A DNA stretch of 63,910 bases, the filler included. It is 4 parts of 4 records of this genome, joined end to end, with 100 filler letters (N's around TTAATTAATTAA, not from the genome) between each part and the next. Parts side by side here need not be neighbours in the genome. Positions count along the whole stretch, not along the records: positions 1 to 23,657 come from SRR20825019_2211; positions 23,758 to 51,943 come from SRR20825019_2213; 2 more parts are not named here. One strand, given 5' to 3'. The translations under genes were made by a program, and so were the position numbers. This document shows positions 20,235-30,191 of this stretch, one piece after another. A model generated the notes under the pieces. It was not told the origin of the DNA. It saw nothing but the letters and a program-made list of their open reading frames with translations, and did no database searches. Every line of letters starts with the position of its first letter. Position 1 is the stretch's first letter.

Positions 20235-21326
20235 CTACTGGCCTGACAATCTCTGTATATGCTGATCGAATGCGACATCATGGTGGCGATCCATGAACCG
20301 GCCATCATAGGTGCCCACGGCAAAACCGTGATCGGCAGCAGCGATTCCGGCAGCTTTCTGCCGCACATCCGAGGATATAAAGCGGCCGGTTTGTTCATCA
20401 AGTGTTACCACCATACCCTTGCCCTTCGGTGAGGCAAGTCCGATCAGTCCGTCACGCGGATTATAGGCAATTGCGCCGACATAATTTCCAAGTCCAGCGA
20501 TAATGCCTTCCGGCAGATCAGCAAATTCCAACGCCTCACCCGGGGCAAAATGACCGGCCAGCGGCGGAAGCGCATTGCGTGGTCCCTCGAACTGGCAGGC
20601 AAACCAGACCCGCCCGTTTTCGCCAATTGCCAGATGCCGCGTCGAAAGCTGACGCAGGTTCTCCGGCAGGTCATGCTTTTCGACAAGGGCACCCGAAGTC
20701 GCGTCAATCAACGCCAGCGACGGCGCCATGTGATCCAGATTGAGCTTGGTACGTCCGAAATCGGGATGGGTCTCGATACCGCCATTTGCCGCCACCAGAA
20801 AACGGCCATCCAGTGAAACCGTCAGATCATGCGGCCCGATCCCATAGGTTGAATACTCACCGATGCGGCGAAAACCATCCCACGCATCGTAAAGACCGAC
20901 GACACCGCGCCGGTTCTCATAATCGTTCTCGCTGGCATAAAGCATCCGGCCGTCCGGCGAAAACGTACCATGTCCGTAAAAATGACGCCCTTCGGCAGCG
21001 TGAAAAACAATCGGAGCACGATTCCCTGCTGGTGAAAACACCATGACAAATGTGCCGGGACGACGGGCAAAAGCCGCCGCTACGCCGGTCTGCGTGGAAA
21101 ATGCCAGACCATGAATGCGATCAGGCAGGGCGATTTCAGAAATGAAACCGCCTTCTTCGCTCATCAAAGCCAAAGCGAAGCTGCGGTCGAGCTTGCGAAT
21201 GCCGCTGGCATAAACCGCATCCGTGGCCGACAATGCAAAGGCGGCGTCAGGCGCCAACGAAAGCAGGAACGAAGCACCTGCGGCCTGCATGAAACAACGC
21301 CTGTCTATCAGCCCTGAGCGCAGCAT
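20235..21326 (-). CDS. DUF1513 family beta-propeller protein with a Tat-like signal
   Basis: IDRRCFM, ARRPG, HFYGHG, GIGPHD and NGGIETHP; sits beside an imelysin gene. Confidence 0.85.
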   Translation of the reverse strand: MLRSGLIDRRCFMQAAGASFLLSLAPDAAFALSATDAVYASGIRKLDRSFALALMSEEGGFISEIALPDRIHGLAFSTQTGVAAAFARRPGTFVMVFSPAGNRAPIVFHAAEGRHFYGHGTFSPDGRMLYASENDYENRRGVVGLYDAWDGFRRIGEYSTYGIGPHDLTVSLDGRFLVAANGGIETHPDFGRTKLNLDHMAPSLALIDATSGALVEKHDLPENLRQLSTRHLAIGENGRVWFACQFEGPRNALPPLAGHFAPGEALEFADLPEGIIAGLGNYVGAIAYNPRDGLIGLASPKGKGMVVTLDEQTGRFISSDVRQKAAGIAAADHGFAVGTYDGRFMDRHHDVAFDQHIQRLSGQ

Positions 21327-21330
21327 CAGG

Positions 21331-22419
21331 TTAGTCCCCGTCCGAAAACGAAAATCCTGCACCGAGGCCGATGGCACCACCATAATTGTCATTCAGCCGG
21401 AGAATCAGATCCTTGGTATTGATCAGCAGGAAATCGAGCCTGGCACGCTGTTCCGGTTCATCCAGAACAGTCTGAATATCCGGGTTCAACTGCTCCACGA
21501 CACCATCCAGCGAGGAAAACAGAAAATTGATGGAGGACACGATGGATTGCACACCCGGATCGAGAAGATCAACCATGCCAGAAGTGTTCATCAGCGATTG
21601 CAAGCCTTCAAGATTGGCTCGAACTGAAGACCAGGTGTTTTCCGAACGCCAGTAAATCGCACGTTTGGCAAAGTTCGGTCCCTCTTCGCCACGATAGAAA
21701 TATTCAATGCGATGATCACGCACTGTTTCCGTACCATGCACCAAAATACCGAGGAGTGCGGTCAGCGCCTCGTCATTGGTGCGAAACAGCGGATTATCCG
21801 GTCCGGGGTTCTTCCAGTTCGCGGCCACGCCGTTCGGATCGTCCCAGTCTGCTGAAAGCTCTGCGGCAATATTGTTCATATTGGTGGCGATCGCCTCACC
21901 GTAAAGGCAGCGATAGGTTTCCGGCTCAGCCATCATGGTCTCATACTGCGTGCCGAAGAGTACAAATTCCAGCGCCAGAAGCCCCTGCATGGCCACACTC
22001 TTCTGCGGCAGATAATCAGGATCGAGCGCGCTTTCATCTTTCTCGATAATAGCCGCCTGCACCTGCTTCAGGCCGATACTCTTCCTATCAGGATAAAACA
22101 GAATGCGCTCAAACCGGTGATCGCGGATCACCGGGCCGGTCCGCACGATCTCGATATTGGACCAGGCCAGAACAGTATCATCAAAAGCGGAACGCGCCGC
22201 GCCGTAAGTCCCGTCATCCGGTGCGGCGCAAAAGGCATCCATGGCTGAAACCATATTCCCGGTGGCTATCTCAAACCGCTCATAACCGGGCCGGATAAAC
22301 CCGTCGACGGCCTTTTCCAGAACCATCGGCACGGCTTTTTCATTCATGGCAGAGGCCGGATTTCCAAACAGAGGAATAGCGGCAAGGGCGGCAAGAGCAG
22401 GTCCGGCTAGATGTTTCAC
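21331..22419 (-). CDS. Imelysin family (peptidase M75-like) protein
   Basis: Signal peptide, FYPD and QGLLALEFVLF (GxxxxE); position in the cluster. Confidence 0.85.
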   Translation of the reverse strand: MKHLAGPALAALAAIPLFGNPASAMNEKAVPMVLEKAVDGFIRPGYERFEIATGNMVSAMDAFCAAPDDGTYGAARSAFDDTVLAWSNIEIVRTGPVIRDHRFERILFYPDRKSIGLKQVQAAIIEKDESALDPDYLPQKSVAMQGLLALEFVLFGTQYETMMAEPETYRCLYGEAIATNMNNIAAELSADWDDPNGVAANWKNPGPDNPLFRTNDEALTALLGILVHGTETVRDHRIEYFYRGEEGPNFAKRAIYWRSENTWSSVRANLEGLQSLMNTSGMVDLLDPGVQSIVSSINFLFSSLDGVVEQLNPDIQTVLDEPEQRARLDFLLINTKDLILRLNDNYGGAIGLGAGFSFSDGD

Positions 22420-23657
22420 AGTGACTCCAGAAATTTGATCAATGCGTCGCGGTCATCTTTCGAAGCGTTGGCGAAGGCCTGTTTAGCGTTTTCGGCTTCA
22501 CCACCATGCCACAAAATGGCTTCCGTGCGATTACGCGCACGGCCATCATGAAGGAAGAAGGAATGCCCGCTGACAACCTCTGTCAAGCCTGTTCCCCAAA
22601 GGGGAGCCGTGCGCCATTCATATCCGTCGGCAACGCCAACCTGCTGATGATCGGCCAGTCCCGGCCCCATATCATGCAACAGAAAGTCCGAATAAGGCCA
22701 GATCAGCTGGAACCGATGCGCCTCGTTTTCGGCATCCCGACTGGTGACATATTTCGGTGTATGGCAGGCAACACACCCCGCTTCGTAAAACACCTGCTTG
22801 CCACGCAGCACTTGCGGATCGTCCACATCACGGCGCGCGGGAACAGCAAGGTTTTCCGAGTAAAACGTCACCAGATCCATCACCGGGTCCGGTGCTTCGG
22901 TATCTCCCAGACGGGCCTGCGCACCATGCGGCAAAGCCAGACAATCAACCTGCGCTTCAGTGCAATCACCCCAGTTTCCAGGGGCGTCCGGCGAGGAAAT
23001 GCCGATATCACCATTGAACGCACCAGATGACTGGTCGCGAACAGAGGCATTCTGTGCCTTCCAGCCGAACCGGCCAAGCTTGATCTCGCCAGTGCGGTGA
23101 TCGCGGACAATAGCTGCCTTGCCGGAAATACCGTCGCCGTCTCGATCATCCGGGTCTGCCTGACCCAGAATATCAGCTGGGTGGATGGCCTGGATGAGAC
23201 CAAGGCCGGGCATCTGGTTTGCGATGCGCGGTGAAAGCGTCGTATCTTCGCCAAGCGGCCCGTATTGCAGGTCTTCGACACCGTAGAACGGCTCGCGCAA
23301 CATAACAACGGTACCATCGTCGAGCGTTACCGGAAAAGCCTCATAAGTGATTTTCATATGCCCTTCAGCCGCCAGACCGGGCACGGCATAGTCCTGAAAC
23401 TGGCCGCCATAAACGGTATCGGGGAAACTCACGATATCGAAATTGTCGATTTTCGCCTGTTCCTCCGGTGTGCGGGCCGGCCGTGCCAGACGCAGGAACA
23501 TCGAGGTCGCATCGCTGTCGCCTTCCGGCGGATGACCGCGACCATCTTTCAGGTGGCAGCTCTGGCAGGAACGGGCATTGAACAGCGGCCCCACCCCGTC
23601 AGATGCCTGTGTGGAAGACGGTGAAGACACCCAGAACTTGCGAAACAGCGCATTGCC
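22416..23657 (-). CDS. Di-haem oxidoreductase (DHOR/putative peroxidase), N-terminus lost at the contig end
   Basis: Two CxxCH motifs (CQSCH, CVACH), GRFGWKA, WRTAPLWG and LHDGRAR; frame runs into the gap. Confidence 0.9.
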   Translation of the reverse strand, partial: GNALFRKFWVSSPSSTQASDGVGPLFNARSCQSCHLKDGRGHPPEGDSDATSMFLRLARPARTPEEQAKIDNFDIVSFPDTVYGGQFQDYAVPGLAAEGHMKITYEAFPVTLDDGTVVMLREPFYGVEDLQYGPLGEDTTLSPRIANQMPGLGLIQAIHPADILGQADPDDRDGDGISGKAAIVRDHRTGEIKLGRFGWKAQNASVRDQSSGAFNGDIGISSPDAPGNWGDCTEAQVDCLALPHGAQARLGDTEAPDPVMDLVTFYSENLAVPARRDVDDPQVLRGKQVFYEAGCVACHTPKYVTSRDAENEAHRFQLIWPYSDFLLHDMGPGLADHQQVGVADGYEWRTAPLWGTGLTEVVSGHSFFLHDGRARNRTEAILWHGGEAENAKQAFANASKDDRDALIKFLESL

Positions 23658-23757
23658 NNNNNNNNNNNNNNNNNNNNNNNNNNNNNNNNNNNNNNNNNNN
23701 NTTAATTAATTAANNNNNNNNNNNNNNNNNNNNNNNNNNNNNNNNNNNNNNNNNNNN
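23658..23757. other. Artificial contig spacer
   Basis: N run containing the TTAATTAATTAA all-frame stop linker. Confidence 0.99.
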
Positions 23758-23758
23758 C

Positions 23759-23832
23759 TGTAGGGCGGGGATTCCGCTCCCCGCCTTGAAAGTCTTTGGA
23801 TATTCGAAAGCGGGATGTAAGACGGCGCCTCC
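23759..23832. repeat. GTAG-type REP with a degenerate partner
   Basis: TGTAG-GGCGGGGA-TTCCGC-TCCCCGCC hairpin, resembling the pair at 31851. Confidence 0.65.
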
Positions 23833-23837
23833 TTTGT

Positions 23838-23944
23838 TGTCATTGCGAGGAGGCTGCGGGCCGACGCGGCAATCCACGACTACGCGCAATTTACATCCGT
23901 CAGTGTTCATGGATTGCTTCACCGCTGCGCAACTCGCCATGACA
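23838..23944. repeat. CGTC-type palindromic repeat (GTCATTGCGAG...GCAATCC / GGATTGC...CTCGC.ATGAC)
   Basis: Terminal inverted repeats TGTCATTGCGAG / CTCGCCATGACA and inner pair GCAATCCA / TGGATTGC. Confidence 0.75.
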
Positions 23945-24012
23945 GGGCACAGTCCTTTGGCTGCCTCGTTGGAAAGATTGCAGGACGTGATCGCTAATCC
24001 CGACTCATCAGC

Positions 24013-25914
24013 TCACTCTTGGATCTTGGCGGCTTCGACTTCGAGTCGTGTGACCAATTCATCCATCTGTTCGATGACCGCCTGAATCGTTTCGGATTTG
24101 TTGAGATCCACCCCGGCTTTGAGGAGCTGGTTCATCGGTTGATCGTTTCCTCCACTGCTTAAGAGAGCAAGATAACGAGCGCGCGCCGCGGCCTGAGCCT
24201 CATCCGATCCGGTCGTCAGGTCTTTGATCAGCTGGGCCGATGACGCAAAACACGTGGCATACTTGTAAACGTAGTAGGGCGAGTTGAAGAAATGAGGAAT
24301 CCGCGTCCAAGTATAACGGTAGAGCTCATCCTTCGTGATCGCATCACCGTAGTAAGTGTCCAGCAATCCATCGTAGATCGCCGAAAGTGTGTCCGGTGTG
24401 ATCGGCTGCCCCTTCTCCACCAGCTGATGAGCCTGCCATTCGTAATCGGCAAACATCACCTGCGTGTAAAACGTGCCCACAATGCTATCGATGGCGTGCT
24501 GCAAAAGTAGAAAACGTTCCTTGGGATCGTCCGTCCGGCTGAGCAATAATTCCAACAGCAACCGTTCATTCGTCGTGGAGGCGACTTCGGCCACGAAGAT
24601 CGTATAACTCGCGGTGGAGAAAGGTTGATGCTCATACGAGAGCACCGTGTGCATCGAATGCCCCGCTTCATGCGCAAAGGTAAACACCGCATCCAGTGTA
24701 TCGTTGTAATTCATGAGCATATACGGTCCGACCCCGTAAACCCCCGCGCTGTAGGCCCCGCTGCGTTTCCCATCACTCTCGTAAACATCGAGCCAACGGC
24801 CCTCGAGAAGCTTGCTCATCTTTTCCTGATAATCGGCACCCAGTGGTTTCACCGATTCCAACACGGTCGCCTTCATCTCATCATAGGGATAGGTGCGACC
24901 ATCTTCCAGCAGGGCCAACGAACCGTCGTAGAGATGATATTCTTCCACCCCGAGCATCTTGCGCTTTACCTTGAGGTAACGCTGCAACGGCCCCGTGCCG
25001 GAGCGCACCGTTTCCACCAGGGTGCGATAAACCGACTCCGGCACATTATCCCCGTCCAAAGCGGCGGCCAGCGTGGTCGGATAACTGCGCGATTGCGCAT
25101 TGAACCAATCCCGTTGCAGAACGCCGTTATAAATCGCCGCATAGGTGTTCCTGTTCGCGGCGTAGGTTTCGTAATGCCCCTTAAAGGCCGCCGCGCGATC
25201 CGCCTGATTACGGTAGTTGGTCAGCACTTCGGAATACCCCCCGTAGGACACCTTGATCTTTTTCCCATCGGAGAGTTCCACTTCGGGAAAATTCACATCC
25301 GAAGTGCTCAACTCCTGATAAATGTTTCTCGGCGTCTGCGAAAAGAGCGAAGAGAACGACATGAGTTTCTCGCCATCGGCATTCAGCGTGTGCTCAGCCT
25401 GACGATAGGTCTCCGTGATCGGGAACCGATACGGTGAAAGACGCGGTTCCGACTCCAACCACTCCAGGACCGTCGCTTCGGGGATCTGCAAAAGCTCCGG
25501 CGTAAACCACGAAGTCGCTGTGCCAAGTTTCGCAAAGAGGGCGCCGACCTGTTGAAAGCGTCCCGATATCTCCGTGTTCCGCGTATCCACATCACGCTGC
25601 AACTGCGGGTAACGGTAGAGTTTGTATTGGAGGCGCCCGATATCGTCCTCCAATTCGTAAAGATCGGCCAGATGCGCAGCGCCTTTCGCCAGGGTGCCCT
25701 TAAAGGAAACGTAATGATCGATTTCCGTTTCCAGCACTTTCATGTCCGCTTCCCATTCCTCCCACGAAGCATAAATCGGCGTAAAATCCCATTTATACGC
25801 ATCGGCGATTTCCGCCCGATTCCGGGTCTCGGGTTTGCCGGTGGCAGTGGCGCTAAACGCCGTCAACGAGACCACGCCAACACAACAGGAAATCAATCGG
25901 GAGGGTAATGCCAT
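24013..25914 (-). CDS. pepF: Oligoendopeptidase F (M3B) with a signal peptide
   Basis: HEAGH zinc motif, GKRSGAYS, FVAEVAST and W.RIPHF. Confidence 0.93.
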   Translation of the reverse strand: MALPSRLISCCVGVVSLTAFSATATGKPETRNRAEIADAYKWDFTPIYASWEEWEADMKVLETEIDHYVSFKGTLAKGAAHLADLYELEDDIGRLQYKLYRYPQLQRDVDTRNTEISGRFQQVGALFAKLGTATSWFTPELLQIPEATVLEWLESEPRLSPYRFPITETYRQAEHTLNADGEKLMSFSSLFSQTPRNIYQELSTSDVNFPEVELSDGKKIKVSYGGYSEVLTNYRNQADRAAAFKGHYETYAANRNTYAAIYNGVLQRDWFNAQSRSYPTTLAAALDGDNVPESVYRTLVETVRSGTGPLQRYLKVKRKMLGVEEYHLYDGSLALLEDGRTYPYDEMKATVLESVKPLGADYQEKMSKLLEGRWLDVYESDGKRSGAYSAGVYGVGPYMLMNYNDTLDAVFTFAHEAGHSMHTVLSYEHQPFSTASYTIFVAEVASTTNERLLLELLLSRTDDPKERFLLLQHAIDSIVGTFYTQVMFADYEWQAHQLVEKGQPITPDTLSAIYDGLLDTYYGDAITKDELYRYTWTRIPHFFNSPYYVYKYATCFASSAQLIKDLTTGSDEAQAAARARYLALLSSGGNDQPMNQLLKAGVDLNKSETIQAVIEQMDELVTRLEVEAAKIQE

Positions 25915-26030
25915 AACCCAGAAATACGCCTCAACCCACCCTCAGGTCGAGCGCCGAGTCATGTCCAGCAGGCATCATCCCCATCTCGATCAAATCCTCC
26001 TGCCTCTCTTCCCATTTCCAATAATCATAC

Positions 26031-26047
26031 GTCAACCATTAGTTGAC
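26031..26047. promoter_or_regulatory. Palindromic putative operator upstream of pepF
   Basis: GTCAAC-CATTA-GTTGAC inverted repeat in an AT-richer intergenic stretch. Confidence 0.4.
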
Positions 26048-26104
26048 ATCCTTGTGACGACAGCCAGCCCCTCAATATTTCCTCTCTCGGCCACAAATGA
26101 ATTG

Positions 26105-26701
26105 TTAGCTGATCGGCGTGTCGATCATGGCTTCCAGATTCGCTTTCACCGCCGGCCATTCCGAGGCGATGATCGAAAACATCACGGTGTCGCGCACGAA
26201 CCCGTCGGGTAAAATCATATGCTTACGCAAAACCCCTTCGAATTTTCCTCCGATTCGTTTGATCGCGTTCTGCGAACGTAGATTGCGGCCATCACATTTC
26301 AACTGCACACGCCCACAGCCGAACGTTTCGAAGGCATGCTGCAACAGCAGGTATTTGCATTCTGTATTCATGCCGGTGCGACGGGCGGACGCGCCCAGCC
26401 ACGTCCACCCGATTTCGATGCGCTGATCGTTTGGCGAAATGTCGAGATAGCTCGTGCTCCCCACCGCGCGACCATTTCTCAGATCAATTATCGCAAACGG
26501 CAATCGCGTGCCCGCCTCCTGCGCTTGCAACGCGATCCGGATTGCCGCTGCCATATCCTCCACGGATTGCGGGGCCACCATCGGCATGTAATCCCAGATT
26601 TCGTTCTCTGCTCCGGCGACGGCCAAGTCTTCCGCATGCCTGAGCACCAAAGGCTCGAGTCGCACAAACTGACCGGACAAAGTAACGGGTTCAGGATTCA
26701 T
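26105..26701 (-). CDS. GNAT family N-acetyltransferase (RimJ/RimL-like)
   Basis: VRLEPL, IEIGWTW, N.RSQ.AI.RIG and FEGVLR motifs. Confidence 0.9.
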   Translation of the reverse strand: MNPEPVTLSGQFVRLEPLVLRHAEDLAVAGAENEIWDYMPMVAPQSVEDMAAAIRIALQAQEAGTRLPFAIIDLRNGRAVGSTSYLDISPNDQRIEIGWTWLGASARRTGMNTECKYLLLQHAFETFGCGRVQLKCDGRNLRSQNAIKRIGGKFEGVLRKHMILPDGFVRDTVMFSIIASEWPAVKANLEAMIDTPIS

Positions 26702-26789
26702 CAGATCCTCATTCGCCGCTTGTGTCGGCAACTCCGCAAACAAAAACTCCCGCAATGCCTCACCCTCTTGCCGCCACCGATCTATTCCG

Positions 26790-28004
26790 ATGAAGGAATT
26801 GCTGAGCGATTTCAGAGTCCGTCGATTATTGCTGGCCAACATCACCGGATCGGTGGGGTCCGGAGTGACGATTGTCGCGGTGCCGTGGCTTCTGGTGCAA
26901 CGTCCGGGAGGGGATCGCCTCTACGGTTACATCACCATCGCGATCACGATTGCGGTGTTCGCCTTGATCCCGCACTACGGAGCGTGGCTCGACCGGCATT
27001 CCCGCAAACTCGCGCTCCTGATCGGCGAAGCCTTTGGCGCCATGACGACGCTGACCATGGCGACGTGGATCGCGTTGGCAGGCCACGCAGACACTTGGCA
27101 GTTCCTCGTCCTCTACGCCGGTGGGATCCTCTACTACAACCTTCATTTCCCTGCGAAGGCCGCCTTCGTGCAGCAGATCTTTGATAAGAAGCACTACAAG
27201 CAATTGATTGGGCTCATGGAAATCCAAGGCCAAACCGCCTCAATGATTTCCGGCGGCGCCGCGAGCATGATGCTCGATCGCGTGCCCATCCACTGGATCC
27301 TCTTTGCCGATGCGGCGACCTACATCATCAGTTTCATCGTGCAGAGCACCATCCCCTACCGGGCCACCCACCGGCCCAAGGACATCCCGAAGGAAAGCAT
27401 GATTGCTTCGATCAAAACCGGACTCCGGTGGCTACGGGCTCATCCCCAATATACGCTGTTCTTTATCTGCACGTTAGCGCCATTCGTCGCCGTGATGACC
27501 GGGAACTACCTGTTTCCCATTTATGTGCAAAACATCCTCCAAGCGCCCGCCGCAGTCTTCGGTCGCGGTGAAATCGCCTTTGCCTTTGGCGCGCTGCTGG
27601 CCGGCGTGCTCGGACCGCGCCTGATTTCCCTCTACTCCGCTGCCAATGTCGCGATCTTGATGATGGGGATATTTATCGGCGGTCTTATTATTCTGGGATC
27701 GCTGCAAAGTGTGACGGCCTTCTACATCGCCCTCGTGCTGATTGGATTGGGAGGCGCGGGTTCCCGGGTTACCCGCAGCACGGTCCTCTACACGGTGGTG
27801 CCCAACGAGATTATGGGGCGGGTCAATGTCACGCTTTCCTCCGTTGATCGTCTGCTCCGCACACTCCTACAATTCGGCGCCATCTACGTCGTCGTCAAAG
27901 CCGATGCCGCCATGGCGTTCATCGGCCTGGTGCTGTTCGTCGGGATCGCTCTGATTGGAGCCTTTCAGACCAGGAAGGCTCTCAACTTAAACCCAATTTC
28001 CTAA
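26790..28004 (+). CDS. MFS transporter
   Basis: About 12 hydrophobic segments, G..LDRHSRK motif A and MGRV. Confidence 0.85.
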   Translation: MKELLSDFRVRRLLLANITGSVGSGVTIVAVPWLLVQRPGGDRLYGYITIAITIAVFALIPHYGAWLDRHSRKLALLIGEAFGAMTTLTMATWIALAGHADTWQFLVLYAGGILYYNLHFPAKAAFVQQIFDKKHYKQLIGLMEIQGQTASMISGGAASMMLDRVPIHWILFADAATYIISFIVQSTIPYRATHRPKDIPKESMIASIKTGLRWLRAHPQYTLFFICTLAPFVAVMTGNYLFPIYVQNILQAPAAVFGRGEIAFAFGALLAGVLGPRLISLYSAANVAILMMGIFIGGLIILGSLQSVTAFYIALVLIGLGGAGSRVTRSTVLYTVVPNEIMGRVNVTLSSVDRLLRTLLQFGAIYVVVKADAAMAFIGLVLFVGIALIGAFQTRKALNLNPIS

Positions 28005-28009
28005 GACAA

Positions 28010-28687
28010 ATGCGATCGACCATACTCTTTGATTTGGATGACACGTTGATCGATCGGACAGAGTCGATTAGAAGCTACACGGCCATCCTCGTGCGGGATT
28101 TTTCATCGGAACTTTCATCCCATGACCCTTCAAAGCTAGCCCCAATCGTGATCAATTGTGACCAAGGCGGATATCGGGCACGAGCCGAAGTCAGTGGCGA
28201 GCTCACCCGGTCCCTTCCATGGAAAACTCCACCCACGACTGAAACCCTCCTGGCGCACTGGATGGAACATTTCCCATTAGCTTCCGCCATCAGGGCTCAT
28301 GCCCTTGATGTGCTGCAAGTTCTCCAAGAACACGGGCTGACCATCGGCATGGTGACCAACGGATCGACCATCGGGCAGAATCGTAAAATTGATTACCTCG
28401 GGATCCGATCCTACTTTTCCTCCATCGTGATTTCCGAATCCGCGGGCATCAAGAAACCCGCGGCAGCCATCTTCGAGCTCGCGTTGCAGGAACTGAACAA
28501 ACCGCCTCACGACTGTTGGTTTGTGGGCGACAGCCCTCGTAACGATATCCTTGGCTCCGCCGAATATGGAATAACGCCAATCTGGTTGCGAGGCAGCCAT
28601 CCATGGCCCGAATCGCATCCACATCCGGAGCATCAAATCGATGGATTGGATGAAATCCCCGCGATTCTCGAACAGGTCTCCCGATGA
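28010..28687 (+). CDS. HAD family hydrolase
   Basis: DLDDTL, TNG, KP and VGDS..ND motifs. Confidence 0.9.
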   Translation: MRSTILFDLDDTLIDRTESIRSYTAILVRDFSSELSSHDPSKLAPIVINCDQGGYRARAEVSGELTRSLPWKTPPTTETLLAHWMEHFPLASAIRAHALDVLQVLQEHGLTIGMVTNGSTIGQNRKIDYLGIRSYFSSIVISESAGIKKPAAAIFELALQELNKPPHDCWFVGDSPRNDILGSAEYGITPIWLRGSHPWPESHPHPEHQIDGLDEIPAILEQVSR

Positions 28688-29466
28688 ATAAACCGCCGCG
28701 TTTTAACGTTCTTGGAGTGGGAGTTTCGGCATTGTCTCTGGATGAAGCCACGCAATCGATTGTCGCCGCACGGGAGCAAACACAATCGGGCTACCTCTGC
28801 GTGTGCACCGTTCATGGAATCAGCGAGGCGCGACGCGATCCGGCGCTGCTCGCTATTTTCAATCGTTCCTATCTCACCACGCCCGATGGCATGCCGCTGG
28901 TGTGGCTCGGACGGCATCACGGGCACAATTCGATCACGCGGGTTTACGGTCCGGACCTGATGCTGCGCGTCTGCGACGAAGGTCGCGCCTCGAAATTGCG
29001 TCACTACTTTTACGGCGGGGCTCCCGGAGTGGCCGACCTCTTGGCGGAAAAAATGCGCCTCCGATTCCCCGGACTCGAAGTGGTCGGAACCTATACGCCG
29101 CCCTATCGCGCGTTAAACGATTCGGAATTTGCTGCCCTGCAAGCCGACGTTAATACGAAAAAGCCCGATGTTATTTGGGTGGGCCTGAGCACACCCAAGC
29201 AGGAACGCTTTATGGCGGAAACCTGGGATAAGCTTGATGCCGGATTGATGATTGGAGTGGGTGCGGCGTTTGATTTTCACAGCGGCCGGAAAAAGCAAGC
29301 CCCACGCTGGATGCAACGTAGTGGACTCGAATGGCTATTCCGTCTCGCCTCCGAACCACGCCGCCTCGCCTTCCGCTATCTCGTGTATAATCCAATGTTC
29401 GTATTACGAACATTGGCTCAGCTCAGCGGTTTGAAACGTTATCCGCTGGAAAAATCTGATTCCTAA
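28684..29466 (+). CDS. WecB/TagA/CpsF family glycosyltransferase
   Basis: PDGMP, R..GPDL, GL..PKQE, GVGAAFD and GLEW..RL..EP.RL motifs. Confidence 0.93.
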   Translation: MNKPPRFNVLGVGVSALSLDEATQSIVAAREQTQSGYLCVCTVHGISEARRDPALLAIFNRSYLTTPDGMPLVWLGRHHGHNSITRVYGPDLMLRVCDEGRASKLRHYFYGGAPGVADLLAEKMRLRFPGLEVVGTYTPPYRALNDSEFAALQADVNTKKPDVIWVGLSTPKQERFMAETWDKLDAGLMIGVGAAFDFHSGRKKQAPRWMQRSGLEWLFRLASEPRRLAFRYLVYNPMFVLRTLAQLSGLKRYPLEKSDS

Positions 29467-30143
29467 AACAGATCGCCCTGTTGCATCGCGTCGCGCTTGC
29501 CACCATCGAGCGTGCTGAGTGCGAGGAGTTGTCTTGTCGTCATCCCGGTCAAGGTCGGTTCCTTCGCCAGCGACAACAACAGCACGGCTCCGGCCAACGC
29601 ATCGTAAAGTGCGGCGTGATATTGATTTCGCTCCGGAGGACAATGCTCCGCCGCCAGCGTATCCAGCTCCGCTTGCAATCCGCACACCGACACCAGATCG
29701 GCGAGTTTGTAGGATTCCAGTTGCGGATAGAACTGCCGGTAAAGCGCCCCCGTATCGACCCACGGCCCCCACTCCGTGGAATGGCGATCCGCACGGGCGA
29801 AATCGGGCGATGATCGCGGATAAGGCCAGACCGATTTGAGCAACGAATTTTCCACGCCCGCAAAATGCGCCGCCAACGGACCGGTTTTGCGCCACTCACT
29901 AAATGCCGAAAAATCATCCGCCATCGGAGCCGCGTCCGCCAACGTCGCTTCGTCGAGTCCATGCACTTCAATATCTTCCTTCCGCATCCGTCCCGTGGGA
30001 CGACACAGCCGCGTCTGCGTCTCCACCACGGTCCCCTGATGCAATGTCGCCACCCCGTATTCCACGATCCCCGAAGACACACTGCCTTCGAAATCGATAA
30101 AGTGAATGGGTTGATCGGTCCACATGGCAGTCACAGTCATCAC
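29463..30143 (-). CDS. DEDDh 3'-5' exonuclease
   Basis: IDFEG (ExoI), WVDT and HAALYDA (ExoIII); ExoII is degenerate (HFAGVE). Confidence 0.8.
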   Translation of the reverse strand: MMTVTAMWTDQPIHFIDFEGSVSSGIVEYGVATLHQGTVVETQTRLCRPTGRMRKEDIEVHGLDEATLADAAPMADDFSAFSEWRKTGPLAAHFAGVENSLLKSVWPYPRSSPDFARADRHSTEWGPWVDTGALYRQFYPQLESYKLADLVSVCGLQAELDTLAAEHCPPERNQYHAALYDALAGAVLLLSLAKEPTLTGMTTRQLLALSTLDGGKRDAMQQGDLF

Positions 30144-30191
30144 GGAATAGAGCGCACTTCAAAATCCGAGGATAATCTTCCGATGCTCTCC

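Noticed and set aside
23702-23713. TTAATTAATTAA palindrome, repeated in all three gaps
   Set aside because: It is an all-frame stop linker embedded in N runs, not biological sequence.
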